A stretch of 64,000 bases of DNA from Lama glama (lineage: Eukaryota). A program made the position numbers and the translations under genes. This document shows, piece after piece, positions 36,906 through 51,574 of the stretch. The stretch lies in assembly GCA_028534125.1 (NCBI GenBank), contig CM052816.1, positions 66,032,001-66,096,000 on the forward strand, read 5' to 3'. Within the stretch, counting starts at the first letter, position 1. The number at the start of each line of letters is the position of its first letter. The notes under the pieces are model-generated. The model searched no databases. It was not told the DNA's origin and saw only the letters and a list, made by a program, of their open reading frames with translations.

Positions 36906-39900
36906 TCTATTGCTCATAACTGCCATAGTGGGCCACTAAAATGTATAGCCTGCACTCTTTGCTTATTGTTCACTGTGCATCTGGACTACTGCAGTGGATT
37001 CTGAATCTCCCTCCTCTCTTCCTCATTTTATCCTCCCTGGGCCACTAGTGCACTTATGCAATTCCCACAATATCCATTAGCTTAAGGCAACGTGTTTAAG
37101 TATTCAACTCTGTTTCCTTTCTGCTCCCTGGAAGGAGTCTCCTCCATCCAGGCTATTTTCCACCTACACATGAAACCCTTATACGGACTCCAGACATTTC
37201 TTCTACCTGAAAAGAATGCCAGCTGACTGGCTCCTCCCACAGCCATTCCAACTACAGACTTCGTCGAAGACCTATATTCCTGTTCAGCGTCTTCCTGGAA
37301 CCCTGCACCCTTGGCCACAGTCTGTGCCTCCCTCTCCCTGCTCTGGACTACAGCAGCACTCCCAGGCCGAGTGATTTCTCTGCCACCTCACACTGTCTCT
37401 AGGCAGCAGCTGGTCACGTGTCTGATTTTCTCAGCAGGGTATTAGAAGTTCCTTTCCAGGTCCAGGCCACTGAATCTTTCATGTTCTTGTGTTTCACAGC
37501 CACTGGAACATTAGAGAGGCTCAATAAATATGTATGGATTTTTTTTTTTTGACTGCTCTCTTTCTGGGGAAAAAGAGAGGAAGGAAGGGAAGGAGGAATA
37601 TTACTCTCTCAAAAGTACATGAAAGCATGAGGAGGGGAATAAGATGGCCTTGGCGGAGACTTCAGATATATGAGAACCCACAGAACATATGTATCGTGTT
37701 TACGTTTTTGGACTCACCTGACATGAGGACAAAGTTTTCCAAAGTATGCTTTGAGACATGATAGTTGTTGTATGAAAAAAAGAGCATTTCAAGATCAGAT
37801 ATGTTTAAATAATACTTGTTAAATGATATTCAACAGGTTTCTTTGCTGTAGAGCTGCTAGCTTTTGAAAAGTTCCTGTCCATTAAAACCACTGCAGAGAG
37901 GCTACATTTACAACATTTCCCAACCTTGTTTGCCCACATAATTCTCTAAGTAAGGAGAATCTTAAAGAATTATATTCACTTAACATTCTTTGGGAAATGT
38001 TGGAATGATACCACCTCTCAGGAACCCCATAGGAAGTGGCGCTCTGTCATTAACCAGTATGTTTTGTACATATTTGTAAATCCATAGTGACTGTATAATT
38101 TGGTTTCATCTTGTGAAAGCTATTCTAGATCTTAGATTCTTCACTCATGTTCAGCCCAGAACTAGTTAATGACTGAAAGTTGATGGTGATGATAAGAAAA
38201 TAGTGAATGGTTTAAGATTGAGAACCTGTGAGAGTAGAAGTAACCCCTATGTATGAAATACCTTACTGAGGTTTAATTTATTTAAACAACCTTGTAAATT
38301 AGGTCAGAATAATAGTAACTATGGATAAGTCAAACATAGCCCTTGGTGCTTTACATGCATTTTCACATGCATTTCTCATAAAAATTAATTTCTAACTTAT
38401 ACGATGGGCTCAGCTATTTAAATGACTTATTTAAGATAACACAATGACCGGAATAATGGCAAAGCTAACATTCAAATTCTGGATGACTCAAAAATCCATA
38501 CTCTTCCTGACCTGTTGCTACTTCTTCCCATGAGGAATTCTGTAGGTTGTGAATTCTTGCATGCATGTGTAAGAACTTTCTTGTCCAAATCTAAATCTCC
38601 CTAGATACTCTTGTACAACTAGAAAACTAATTTCTTTTTCTTAAACTTGTGTAAGGAGCCAACACATACACAAATAGATCAGCCAAGTATATTTGATATA
38701 ATGTGTCAGGTGCTGAAACTTGCTCTATAATGTATACGCATTTAACAAACACAGGTTTACCAGTAGGCTGACATCGCCTCTCACTCATGTGTTCTACATA
38801 TAGCACAAGTAATGAGTATTAAAGTTGAACATAAGAAATTACCTTCTCAGACCCTATTCACAGCCTGTTTGAAAGAGCCTGGTCATTCTTTGGACACCTT
38901 TTGTACACTTTTTTTTTTTTTAAGCTCAGACTTCATTTCCTTTAAATGGGATGAGTATCTCTTTGGCAATACTTCTCTTTAGGTATCTACAGTGAAGGGA
39001 AGGAAGGAAATGGAGAAGGCAGCAAAGGTACCCATTCAGAGTAAAAAATTCTGGAGCAGGTTTGATTAAAACGATTATTTTCTCTTCTCCATTCAGGAAG
39101 GACTTCTCAACCTGGAGTCCTTGGTGACTTTAGGAAGGTCAGAGACAGAACAGTGAGCAATGAAACAAGTACAGTTTATGGTAAAAAGAAATACATGATA
39201 TAATGTGACAGGGAATTATAAAGATTGAGAAAGGACTCTTAAGACAGAAAAGTCATGTTCTAAGGAAAATCTAAATAAAAGTCTGGAATTTAAAATTCTA
39301 AATTACTTTTTAAAAAAGTAAAACCCACAGAGGCTGCACATGTGTTGGGTCTCGGGGTGTGGAAACAGACAGGGGTGGGATGGATGGTGGAGATGAAGTA
39401 GTGAAAACAGAGAACAATCTTATGGGGAGGCAATAGACAGTATTTAAGTGTATTATATTGTGAGGGAAATATGGACTTAAATATGGCTGTTAATAAATAA
39501 CATGAGCACTGCAGGTTGGCTAAACTTAGAGCAGCAAGAGTAGGCAGGAGATCCAGCTTTCTCCCAGTTTTAATTTGCATGGGGAACGTATTCTCTTGAT
39601 CTTGGTAAGATGGCACATGGCCTTTTGTTCATTCACTTGTTCAACCCAAACTTCATATCTGTGTATTGATGGAATCTTTCACAATTTTGCCCAATTTTAT
39701 AAAGATCATTCTCAGTATTTATTATAATACCTACTGTTTAAGTATAACATTAATATTTCTTTTCAGGAAGAGAACCATGGTGTGTTAACCAGTCCAAAGT
39801 TCTGGCAGTGTTCATTCCTAATACTCTTTCAAAACAGACCACAGAGTTTGAAAGCAAGAGATCAAGCATAAGAGACAGCTAGATGGAGATGGATATATCT

Positions 39901-41199
39901 AGAGAGGCACCCTCAGGACAGTATGACTGCTTACATCTTTCTTGGAAAAAAATATCCTTATTTGTTTAAAAGCATGCATGCTTATTGGTTATTCACTCAC
40001 AAATGTTTGTTGAGTGCTTGTAAATGTCAGGAGTTGTCCTAGACACTTGAAGAAAACCCTAGAAACATATATAAAAGTGAGATAAACAGTCATAGAGACA
40101 GAAGCCAGCAAATTGTATCCAGGCCAGAGGGCAGCCGTAGATGGGATGGTGACTAAAAGGGGGCCAGAATGGTATTGAAAAGCCCATTGAAAGAAGACCT
40201 TCTGTGAACTCAAGAAGCATGGCATTCACAGAGTAAGCAGAAGGGAGTTTGTGTGGCTGGATTTTGAGTGAGGCACTGACATACTAAAAATAGAGTTTAA
40301 GAAAGACTATTCTGACTTTATAAACAGGATTGTGGTGAGAAAACCTGAACCCAAGGAGATCCAGTAGTAGGCTGTTACAGGAATCTAGAAATATATGGAT
40401 GAGGATTTGACTAAAGGTGGCAGTTATAGAAATTAAGAACAAACTGGTAAATCAATTGGCAAAGTATTAGATGCGGACATGGTTGGGGCAGGGGTAGAGG
40501 GTGTAAATATACAGCAGGAAAAGCACAACTTTCTATTTATCAATACCTTTCTTTCTCAAAATATCTTAATTTCAAGTATAAGACATCCAAACCTGTTACA
40601 CAGGTGAGCTAAATTCACAGAGTTCTAGAATCATGCTATTGGGTGGGATCTTTGAAGACATCTGGTCAAGTCTGGAATAGTAATACCTGACCCCACCCAG
40701 GTTAATCAATCATGAGCAACCTCAAACCGACACCCTACTCAGATAGTAGTGTTAGACGTTGGAGAATAAATACATGTTAGCACTGGATAGGCAGTGGAGA
40801 TCACCTGATCAAACTCCTTACTTTCTACAAGGAACTGACAAAGATAAAGGTCCAAAGGCTGTCAAGCCTGAGGATTGACTGTGTGTGATGGAAGCACAGA
40901 CATCCTCCTACAAGCCTGTTCCCCACGGGAATCAAAATGATTCCTAAGATTGTAACAGGAGTATGAAAATAACACACTTAGTTTGACTTTTTTTTTCAGC
41001 CTTTTTTGCAAAATGTGTATTGTGCTTTATTGAAACAACTTCCCAGAGAGAAGCTTCCTTCTGAGCATCCCTTGAGCACTCTCTTTAATCTTTTCTGTTG
41101 AAATAGAAATGGGGAATGAAAATCATCTTAACCCAAACTGGCAGGTATACATGGTCCATTTTGAATATCAATGGCTATGCCTTGAAACCCTCCTTTGAA

Positions 41200-41870
41200 A
41201 TTCTCCTTTCTCTTTGCTACTGAGAGGCTCTCGCTCTCCCTTTCTGGTGGCTTCTCCTCCCACTTTAGGCCTCCTACCTGGTCCTGCCTTTCTCCAATCT
41301 TCCTTTCATACTGTTCCCAGAGTAATCTTTCTGAAAAGCAAGTCTGACCACGTGACTTCCTCACTTATAGCTTTAATGGTTCCTTCAGAAAAAAAAGCGT
41401 AAACTCTTTGAATAGTATACTGACTCCTCCATGACGACTCCTCCACCTCTGTCTTTGTCCATTGCCTGACAAGCTTTGCATCCTCATCTCCTTATAGCCA
41501 CCTGAATGGCCTGTGTTCTCCAACTGGCAGTGGCACGTGTTTCTCTCGATCTCAGATGTCACGTTCCATCCCTCACCTGGTTAATGCTTCAGCCCATCCG
41601 TGAGGACTCAGGGCTGGCATTCCCTCTTTCAGAAGCTTTCCCAGATCTCTCCTGGGCTGAGAGAGGTGGCACCTTCCCTGTCCCCCATCTCTGCCTTGTG
41701 CTGACAGTGGACCTGTACCTACTGCCTGGTTTCAGTGGAAACTTACATACTCTCCTCTAATTGCCTTCCTCATTGGACTATGAACTTCTTGAAACCCAAA
41801 GTTATTCCCTAACATTTGGTGTACTCAGCACTGGCACATCACAAGTGTTCAAGATATTGATTCAAATGAA
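41200..41870 (+). mobile_element. L2 LINE 3' fragment (pyrimidine-rich strand shown)
   Basis: ccagagtaatctttctgaaaagcaagtctgaccacgtgacttcc...ggactatgaacttcttga...cagcactggcacat. Confidence 0.65.
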
Positions 41871-42478
41871 AAGGAAATTATTATAATCAGTAGGATGTTA
41901 ACTCCATGAGACTAGGCAGAAACTTTTAACTACCTTTTTCATTGCTAAATTTCCATCATTTAGTACAATGCCTGGAAAAAATCTATTAGACGAGCAAGGC
42001 AGGGTTATTTAACTCACAGTCTCCCACTTAAACTAAAATAACCTACAAGGTCCAAGAAAGATTAGGTGATCTTCCAGGGGTTATGGCTTATATGTAGTGA
42101 GTTGGAGATTGGAGCCACCTCCTACTCTTCCAGTTTCCATCAAGGAGTAATATCACTTATAGTCGCACACATGTCACATAGTGTCCCCAATCCAGATGTC
42201 TGATTAAACTCGGCTCAAACTCCATTTCCTTGGACAGAAATCCTGCTGTTACACTGAGTTCCAAACCTTCCGCCTTTTTCTCTGCCTCTTGTCTCCAGTT
42301 TGAGCTCAGGCTAACATTTCAGTTTGAACCAATCTGGCCTCTAGGCTCAGCCCCCTTGCTGGATTAAGACAAAACAAAACAGTCTCTTTATCTCAGTGTT
42401 ATGTACCTTCAGTAACACTATTAAAGACTGGGGAGTTTATAGAGTGAACTTACCCTGTAGACCAAGCTGACTCCTTTC

Positions 42479-42482
<4 letters not shown>

Positions 42483-42518
<36 letters not shown>
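42483..42518. repeat. (AC)18 microsatellite
   Basis: Read directly from the sequence. Confidence 0.98.
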
Positions 42519-42520
<2 letters not shown>

Positions 42521-45500
42521 ATTCCCACTGGGGCAACAAGCATATTCTTTCCCTTTCCTATGGGGAAGAGACCACAGATTAATTTTTTCCAAACCAGGGC
42601 TCCTTAAAGCCTCACTTTCTGTAATAAGTAGCCTTGTCAAGTGCTTTCTTGCACTCTCCCTGAAAGAAATTCTGGTAAATGCAGAAATTATGATGAATAC
42701 AATATGATAAAAATTTCAGAAGATTGTAGTTTTTAAGAGCAAGAAATATATACCCTTAAAAGTCACACTGGGCAGGCATTCCTTCTATTCATGCCTGACA
42801 TACCATGAAAACATATCCTTATGTCAAATTTTAATAGAGAGTGCCTTAGATAAGAATAATCATCATAGAAACAAATATTCTATAAATTATTCATTTGATC
42901 CTACCAACAATATGGCTGAAGATAATGGTCTCGCTGACTACAGCCTTGCCTCCCGCCACCCCATTTCTGGCAGAGCCCTAGAATTTTCCATCAGACTCCA
43001 TGTCACACAGTACTCTGAATCACTCAGTGACTTCACTCCTCTCGAAGGTTCAGTCCAAAGCCCCTACCTGCACATGCCTGACAAGACCTCCATGGCCAGT
43101 ATCTACAGATTTCTCCAGCCTCTTTCCGCCTGAGCAAGGCCCTGCTCGTGGAACTTCCTTTCTCTATGTACATGTACACACGCATCTTTTGAACTCAGGC
43201 CTATGTGCTTATTCCTGTTGTTTTCCTATAAAAGTTCTTCCCGTACTCCTCACTTACCTCCTGTTTCATCTTTTAGGATTCAGCCTTCTCCCACTCTACC
43301 ACTGATTTGCCTTCTGTTATTCTCCCAAAGCCTATATGCTCCCTTTTTTCAGAATGCCTTTTACAGTCTAGTATGCCGAGACCATCTCCATTACTGGATT
43401 CTAGGCTTTCCTTGGATAAGGGACACATTCTTTTATGCATCTGGTTTTTGCAGACTCTCATAAAATGCATGACATATATTTGATGCTAAATAAATGTTTG
43501 TTGAATAACTGATGCTATTAGAAGTCAAGGAAACCCAATTTTGTATTTATTTCATTAAAAAAATTTTTTTTACTAGAGCCTTAGGCAGCCCCAGGAAAAA
43601 AAAATCATAGATAGTGGGAAGATAAAAAAAATTGACAGAATTATGTATACCTTCCCTTTGGAGGTTTTCTGAAGTACTAAGTGAGATTTTATATATTTCT
43701 TAAGATTTCAAAACAAGAACTTGATGCCCGAAATACACTTGGAAATGAGAGCAGCTTGCCACTGGCAAGCTCTGCTTAAACCTGTTTCACATACACACTG
43801 AAAGGGAATCCAACTCCTTCATGTATTTCCCATCAGATAAAATGTATACAGGGGGAAAAAAGTTAGCAAAAGTGAGAGCTAAACTGCACATATCTTTTAC
43901 TGGAGCAAATTCAGGGAGTGAGTAGCTTGAAGCAATACATGGTGAAATGGAAATTATTTTTCTCCAATTCTGCCAACTTTGGACAGTATCATCTCCATCC
44001 TTAGGAACACAGAAGGAATTTCCGTGGGAATTAGGCCAGGAGAAACTAGAATTGCTTAGGAAGATATGCACTGAAGTATTTGCTCTTAGGAGCTGCTGGC
44101 TGAAGGTTTGGGGGTTTTGTTTTTTCATTTTGTTTAAGAAAAATCTGAATCAGCCATTACAGTTTGTATTTGTTTCAATTAAGTGCAAGCAAATGGAGTC
44201 CAAAGCAAGTGATATTTTTCGGACTTGTTCCCTTCATTTACACCAATAGGCCCATCTGGGAGTTATGATAAATTTATACAGACCTTTAATCAGGTGAGTG
44301 TTGGCAAAGAAACTGACATGCCCCCAGTCACACATCGTGTAGAATAGTTCCTTTTACCTCAGTGGTCAGCATCACTGACAGCTGTGGGTGAGAGTGAGCG
44401 GCTGAACATTTCACAAGAAGACGACCTCAACCTCTAGCTGACCGCTGTGGCTCTGGGCGATTACTTTGTTCCTCTTGAAAGGGCGCTGCTGCCTCAGCGT
44501 CCCCTCCTGGAGCCCCTGGCACCGTGTCAGGCCGTGTGTCAGGGGAGCCCTTGATCGCATCATGATGACGGAAGCCAAATGCTGGCCCGCAAGCATTGAG
44601 GACTGTTTGTTCAGAGAAGATCCTGAGCAGAAACACGGGTGTCACGTAGTTCCAGGAGGCCTTGGAGGCGCCCGACACTGCCGGAGGAGGGGACTTGCAA
44701 AGGCTCCTTAGCCCTCCCCCAGCTTTTATGGAATCGGGCCAACAGTGGTCGCCTCGGCAGCTTTTCCCCGCAGTTCTTTGACTTAACAAGATCTTGGATG
44801 GCGCAGTAGAAGAGTTTTCACATATTTAAGTCGTGCCACCGTGACTGCTACTCTCTAGGGAGAAGAGTCTTTTATTAATGAATGCAGTATGTGTCCTGGG
44901 TAAAACCCCAAATTAAACTAGCTCACTGTTTTTGTCCTGAGTGCTGTCGGTGACATTTAGGTGTGCTGTTTGGTGCGGTGACTCAGTTTCCTGCAGGATA
45001 GCTGAAAACTCCACATTGAGGTTTTTTTAGCAGGGATGAAAAGGTCAGTTACTTGATGTCTTAGAATATTCGGGGTTAAAATTCCTAAAAGTTAAGCTTT
45101 AATACTGATCCTGAAAAGCTGTGGCTAGCCTTATTGCCTATAAACTGAAGAATTTGGAAAAAGAAGGATTCTGAGCTCTATGCTAATAGCAACAGTAATT
45201 CTTTATTTGAGCAACAGTTTTATAGAACAAACTGTTCTTTGCTCTGTTGTCAGTAATTATTTTCTTACTTATTTGTATGTAGATGTGCTCTCGTCATTTT
45301 TTTTCTTTTCTCATTCTCCAGATTTATACAGTGCATGCATGCATGCAGAAGTAGTTAGAACTTAAAATACATATAAGAGACCACATTATTATTGTACTCA
45401 AGTGCTGATTGTCAAAATGGCTAATCTATGATTTGGACATAAAGTAGATCTTATGAAATAAGTTGTCCCTCTTGTCGCTGTACTGCCTTCGTAAGAGCAA

Positions 45501-46939
45501 GCCCTCTTTTTAAGTGCATAATGTCTTGAAGCACTGAAAGTTTACTGAGGTACTTCTCCTCTATTACGATTAAATAAATAAACACTGAAGTCTAATATGC
45601 GGTGCTACATTCTGCTAGGTCCAAGGCCTGTGTTTCTGAAAAGCTTTGAGAAGTTGGGAGGGGGGAGCAGAAGGAGTTCCCCTGGGACTCAGACTTCGGA
45701 AGAGTTGGAAAGCAGGGGAGAGGAATATGGAATGCCAAGTCTATGAGGTGTGGAGAGGGGATTTCCAGCTTCTGGATATAACCAAGGACTAGCAAGATGG
45801 CAGGGAACAAATCCTAGACACAATGGCTATGCGATTTTAACCCACTGTATGTGCTGACGTGGATGGCTCAGATCACCTAAAATAAGTTAATTTCCTCTTA
45901 AAATTCCTACATCCTTATTTTATACCATAGAGGGAAGGAATAAACCAAAACCAAACCATCCATTACACGTACTAGCATCACAACTAGGTAATGCTACAGT
46001 TGTATATGGAAGGTATTAAGTAAAATGAAAATGTGCTATGGTCATAGGCTTAATTATTATTTGTGATTTTTAGGGTATGGGATTACAGGGAACTTTCTAC
46101 ATTACATCTTTGTGTAGTGATTCAAATTTTATAACAGGCATGTTATATTTTTATATTCTTATAATCAAAGAAAGGTTCTACAGGTGAAATATTTTATACT
46201 TAAGATTTAGAATTATCTTTAAGACTGTTCCTTTTGTTGGGGGAAAAGTTCCAGTCTTATACTTTAATTCACCTGGCAAGGTTTAGGCAGTTGTTTGTTC
46301 ACCTAAAGTATATATTTACAAAGATTGGTGCAGGAAAAAAAAAGTGGAATAAAAGGCAATTTTTAACCTGGTTCTCAAACTGAATAGCAAACAGTTCAAG
46401 AATCCTTGATAACAATGAGCCGCATATCCCATGTAACAAATACTTTGAAAGCTATTCTCACTTTTACAAATTTTATATAAAGACCTATCTGAAAAATCCC
46501 AGGAGCATGAGATTCAGTCCATGAATTTTTTTGTGGTGGTTGTGCTACAGATCATTTATGGGGTCTAAATTTTAAGGGCAGAATTTTTTCTCCTCCAATA
46601 ACCTGTAGATTGGAAGACAAAGAAAAAGGATCTCACCAACTGCATGTCAGCTTTTCAATGTATTCTTTCTAAATGACAATAATGAAGTTTTCTAAGATGG
46701 ACTCCTGGGAGTTTGGAATTTTCCCCTCACTTATAGTCTGGCTTATCTGCATGCTAATATAGTGAAGTTCTTCGCAATTGATCCCTCGCTGTAGAGTTCC
46801 CCCAGGGTCAGCTTTTGTAAACAGAACCTGCTTTCATAGGATGCCTTTGGATGTGGTCTTTTCCTATCTCATGTTTGTAGTTTATTCGGTACATGGTGGG
46901 TAGAAACAGTCTTCCAGATTTTTCCCCTTGGCATCACAC

Positions 46940-46989
46940 CACCATCCTGGTCCCTGATTTGCAACACCATCCTGGTCCCTGATTTGCAA
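46940..46989. repeat. Perfect 25-bp tandem duplication
   Basis: CACCATCCTGGTCCCTGATTTGCAA x2. Confidence 0.95.
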
Positions 46990-48189
46990 GTCCACAGGTG
47001 GAAGAAGCACGGGTGCAGGACAAGTGTAAATTGCCCATATCATGTGCTGCATTCACAAATGCTGTTCCTTTAAGATAACTCAGACCATTCTGAATGTGAA
47101 AATACAGCGTATTGCCTAATCTGTAAATTCTCAAGCGTTCCGACCCACAACATTGTATGTTTTTGTTTGCTTGTTTGTGTCCGCCCCAAAATGTAGACGT
47201 CTGGTACTTAGCAGGGGATGTGCTGGATACTGAGAGCCTGGGTCTTAGTAGAAATACTTTGATGCCCACAACCACCCTGTCCTCTTGAAGTAGGTAAATT
47301 CTAAATCTTCAGAAACGAAGCCTGAGAAATCTTAAAACCCAAACCCATAGAAATGGTTGCGCGGGTCCTAAATAACCTGCTTGTACCGCCCGTCGGACTT
47401 GTGAGCAAAAGCTCGCAGGATGCACAGGGTGGTGGAAACCCAGAGGTTCGGGCCATCGGGGCCACCGGGAGGGGCTCGGCTACGCGGCGCGCGCGCGGGG
47501 TCCTCGCAGGGCAGGTGCGCAGTCGCGTGCGCGCGCGCCATGTCCCCCCGGAGCCCCCAAGGCGGGCGCGACCCCGGGCGGCCGGCGAGCTGGCGACGGG
47601 CGCTCCACGCCGGGTTTTCCGCCACTCCCCTCGCACCGGCAGCCCCGCGGACCCACAGGCTCGCGCCCGCGCTTCCCCGGTTGGGCTTCCGAGCTAGCGG
47701 CGCGTGGTGATGCGGCGGCGAGGGGCGCGGGCGGACTGTGGCCCCGGGCGATCTCGGCGTGAGGGAGCCGAGGAGGGGCGCGAGGGGGAGTGTTCCCGGA
47801 AAGCCGCGGCGATGGAGCCGCGCTGCGCCCGCCGCCGGAGGAGTTGAGAAAGAAAACAGGAAACGTGGTGGCCGCGCACCCGGCCGCGGCTGATTCATTT
47901 GCTTTGAGTGAAGGCTTGGAAGGAGGGGCGGGCGCCGGGCCGCGGCTCGGGGCAGGGCGCTACGCGGATCGCTCGGTGGACCAGACGCTCCCTCCGCGGG
48001 GCGGGCTCCCGGGCGCGCGCGCCACCCCCTTCGCCATCCTCTAGCACCGAGACTTCTCAAAGTCGCATCGTGAGGGTGTTTGGTCCGTGCAAAAGTTGGC
48101 TTGCCGCACTTGGCGCGCCCTCCCTGGACGCCGAGCCAAGACGCCAAGCTGGAGAGAGCGTGCTTGCCCGAGGCCGGCTGCCCCGCTAG

Positions 48190-48516
<327 letters not shown>

Positions 48517-51500
48517 TGATTCCCACGCTGGTGAAGCCACTGGCCCCCGTGGCCCCGGGAAATCCATACAGAAGTTTGTCTCACTCACTGCATTTTGGCT
48601 GCCTTGGAGGAACTGATGCTGTGCCTTGCCACTCTCTCGCATTCACTCCAGAGAAATTCAACATTTTGCAAAAGCAACTTTGACATACTTTTGACTGCAC
48701 TACCCCCAGAATACAGTGTTTTTTGTTTTCTGTTTCTTTTTTTTTTTTGGAGAGGGTACGTCTAAGTGACACTTTGCCCTTGCAGCAGAAACCTTGTCCT
48801 GTCTACTGGCAATCTATGTTTAAGGGTATTCTTGGGATTCCCAGTTGGAAGTAAGAGTTGCTAGAGGTCAGTGCAATGGATGGCACCACCTACAGAAGTA
48901 AAACTCAGAAGACTTCACTGAACTTGGGACCTTAACCTACATTTACCTAGGTGTCAGGGAACCCTGTAAGAACTGAGCCTTTCTGTTTTCACTTGGCTGT
49001 ATGTGTCCACAGGGGACGTCAGAGTTAAGGTTCATGATCATTGCCTTTGTTTCCGTGAATCTTGGAGCGAAAGTCCAGTTTTCTGAGATTATTAAGTTAC
49101 AGTGATGATTCAATGGGGGCATTTGTGCCAGATATGCCGAAGTGCTGGTCTAGGTGGATAATGGAGTTTTGGGGGCTGAGAAGTAACCTTCAACCCGACA
49201 CAGCCTTAAGACAAGGTAGAGTGTTGGCAGTTTTGCTGTATTTTTTGGAATTCCTGTTTTGTTTTGTTTGTTTTGTTAAGAAATCTTTAATTATGTAAGG
49301 AAATCATTGGGATTCTGCATGCTTTTAATGACTGTTTGGCTCAGGGGGCTAGGAAAGGAGGCACAGGCATTTTGGAAGCAGACGGCTGATTCAGCCGGCA
49401 GGGACTGGTAACTTTATGTGGCAGTTTGTAACCGTTGCTCCTTAAAGATATTTTAACATTTTTGGCCACCTATTGACTAGGTCAGGTAGGTTATACAATT
49501 TTACTTTTTATCTATGTGCACATATTTTTCGAAGAGCAATGCTTTTTAAAATTTTTATTATTTATTTATTTATTGGCTTACTATAGTTTTTATCCCACCT
49601 GTTTTTCTTTTTTTCTCATGCAGTTTAAAATAATGTAGTATCTTGACCACTGGATTGTCTTATCTTTTGACAACGCTTGTATAGACAGCATGGTTTTTAA
49701 CTGAAAAGTTATCTTCAAATAAACAAAATCAAAAGAACTCCCCAGTCACCAGTTAGTGCAGGCACTGACCTCCCCATAAACACACTGACTTACCCGGGTG
49801 CACACTGATGATCAAATCTGTAATTTTTTTTTTTTTTTTGTCATTTGAACTTCATTCCTAAATTTGGTGTGGCTCCTCATCAGAATGACTGGTTATTGCT
49901 CTCTTTCTCCTGGGCCTGGCATTAGGTGCCATTGTTCTCATATGGCTAACAAATTCTTAGATCCTTGATTCGTTTTATAACTTACAGATTATTCTTTCAT
50001 AATTTGGTTCATAAGAGCAGTAGACATATGTAAAGTATCTCCAGTGTTCTCCACACAGACTGGGACCGGACTGCAATGGGCCTGAGTTCTTACTCTCTTG
50101 TCTGGTTAATTCTGTGTCATAAAAGGAAGAACCTGAAGGCACCTAAAGATGTGCAAGCATTTGCTTGTGTTTCTAAGATGATTTGGCAGTATTTTTCCAG
50201 CAGTGAACCTGAGCTGCTGCGATTACTTTCCCCCCAAATCCGTAGTCTTAATGATGAGAAATTAACATGAAATCTAATCATGTCTTGTGAATGGCTTCAG
50301 CTGTCAAGTAATTACTTACACTTTAAGATGGACAAAATAAAACTTTAGTTCAGAATGATGTCTTTCCTTTACAGACACCAAATAAGACAGGGATTTTTTT
50401 TTTTTTAATCTCCATTGTGAAGACCCCCAGATTAGACCTTGAGTTAATTTTCAGGTTTAGTGTTGGGGGTGGGTTTATTTGGTTGAAGTGAAACTGAGGT
50501 TAAGTGAGAAAAGACTTCACAATGTAGTCATTCTAGCTGTGTTTATGCCTTGTGGTTGAAAGATTATTGACATGACACTTATTTTTAACATTTAAAAAAA
50601 TTCAATTCAGCTGAAGCCGTTGATTAAACTTTTCAGGTCTGAGCTATTCATTTCTTTTTGTTTTAACCCATTCATTTCTGAATGAGTGCTAAGCCCCTGT
50701 GACTTTTTATAGATGAAAAAGGATTAGCATACAAGGAAAAAGAGCTCCTGGTAAAGGCTGTAAAGTTACCCTTCAGCCTGATAACAAGGGCACAAATAAG
50801 TCACATCCACACGAGCTGTAAACTGAGTTGGAGCAGCTGATCTAAAGGTCCCCAGGAGTGATGCCGGACCTAAGTCTTAACTGGAAATGTGACAGCGTGC
50901 GTCACACGTCCACTCGGTTGTCCAATATCTCTTGAGTGTGAATGAGTAAGTCTGTAACATTGCTTTTGGTTATTAGTTTTATTACCATCCTTTTTTTTTT
51001 TACATATACTTGTTTGAACCAACCAGTGTTAGCCTTTGAAAAATCGTGACATTTGTCTTTGTTTTCTTCTCTTGAGGCTTTAAAAAATTACTCCAATAGA
51101 TTAAAATAACAAAATAAAATAGTAGTAAGAGATCAGGATTTCTAAGTGATTATGTAGAGAAAATATTTATTATGGAGATGGGTTTGGGTGTTAGGAAGAA
51201 GGAAATTGATGCCTCCAACGCATTTAACAAATTGGGTTAATGGATTCATGTTTTAAAAATCTTAATAAAAGTAAACAAAGTTATTAGCAGTTTTTAAACA
51301 ATGCTTTGGAAGCAACTAGCTGTGTTTCCTGATTGGTATTGTAATGAGCAAATGGTGATTGATGGTATTGAAACAGGAAAATTATTGGATTCTTGGCCAA
51401 TGCCAGCACTGGCTGTGATGCACACAGGATGCTTGTACCAAGTAGACTAAGAGACTCCAGATGGCATTTAATTTGAGTGGTTAAATCTGTAGCATTTACC

Positions 51501-51574
51501 CTCATAAGCACATTCATCTTCCAGAGATTTGTGCAGATTTCCTTTGGAACCTCATTGGTAGGGTTAAGAGAGGT

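Noticed and set aside
47368..48147. 259-aa minus-strand ORF and other overlapping ORFs in the CpG island
   Set aside because: Low-complexity Arg/Pro/Gly/Ala content is expected from stop-codon scarcity in GC-rich DNA, and there is no recognisable domain. Antisense transcription is possible but unsupported.
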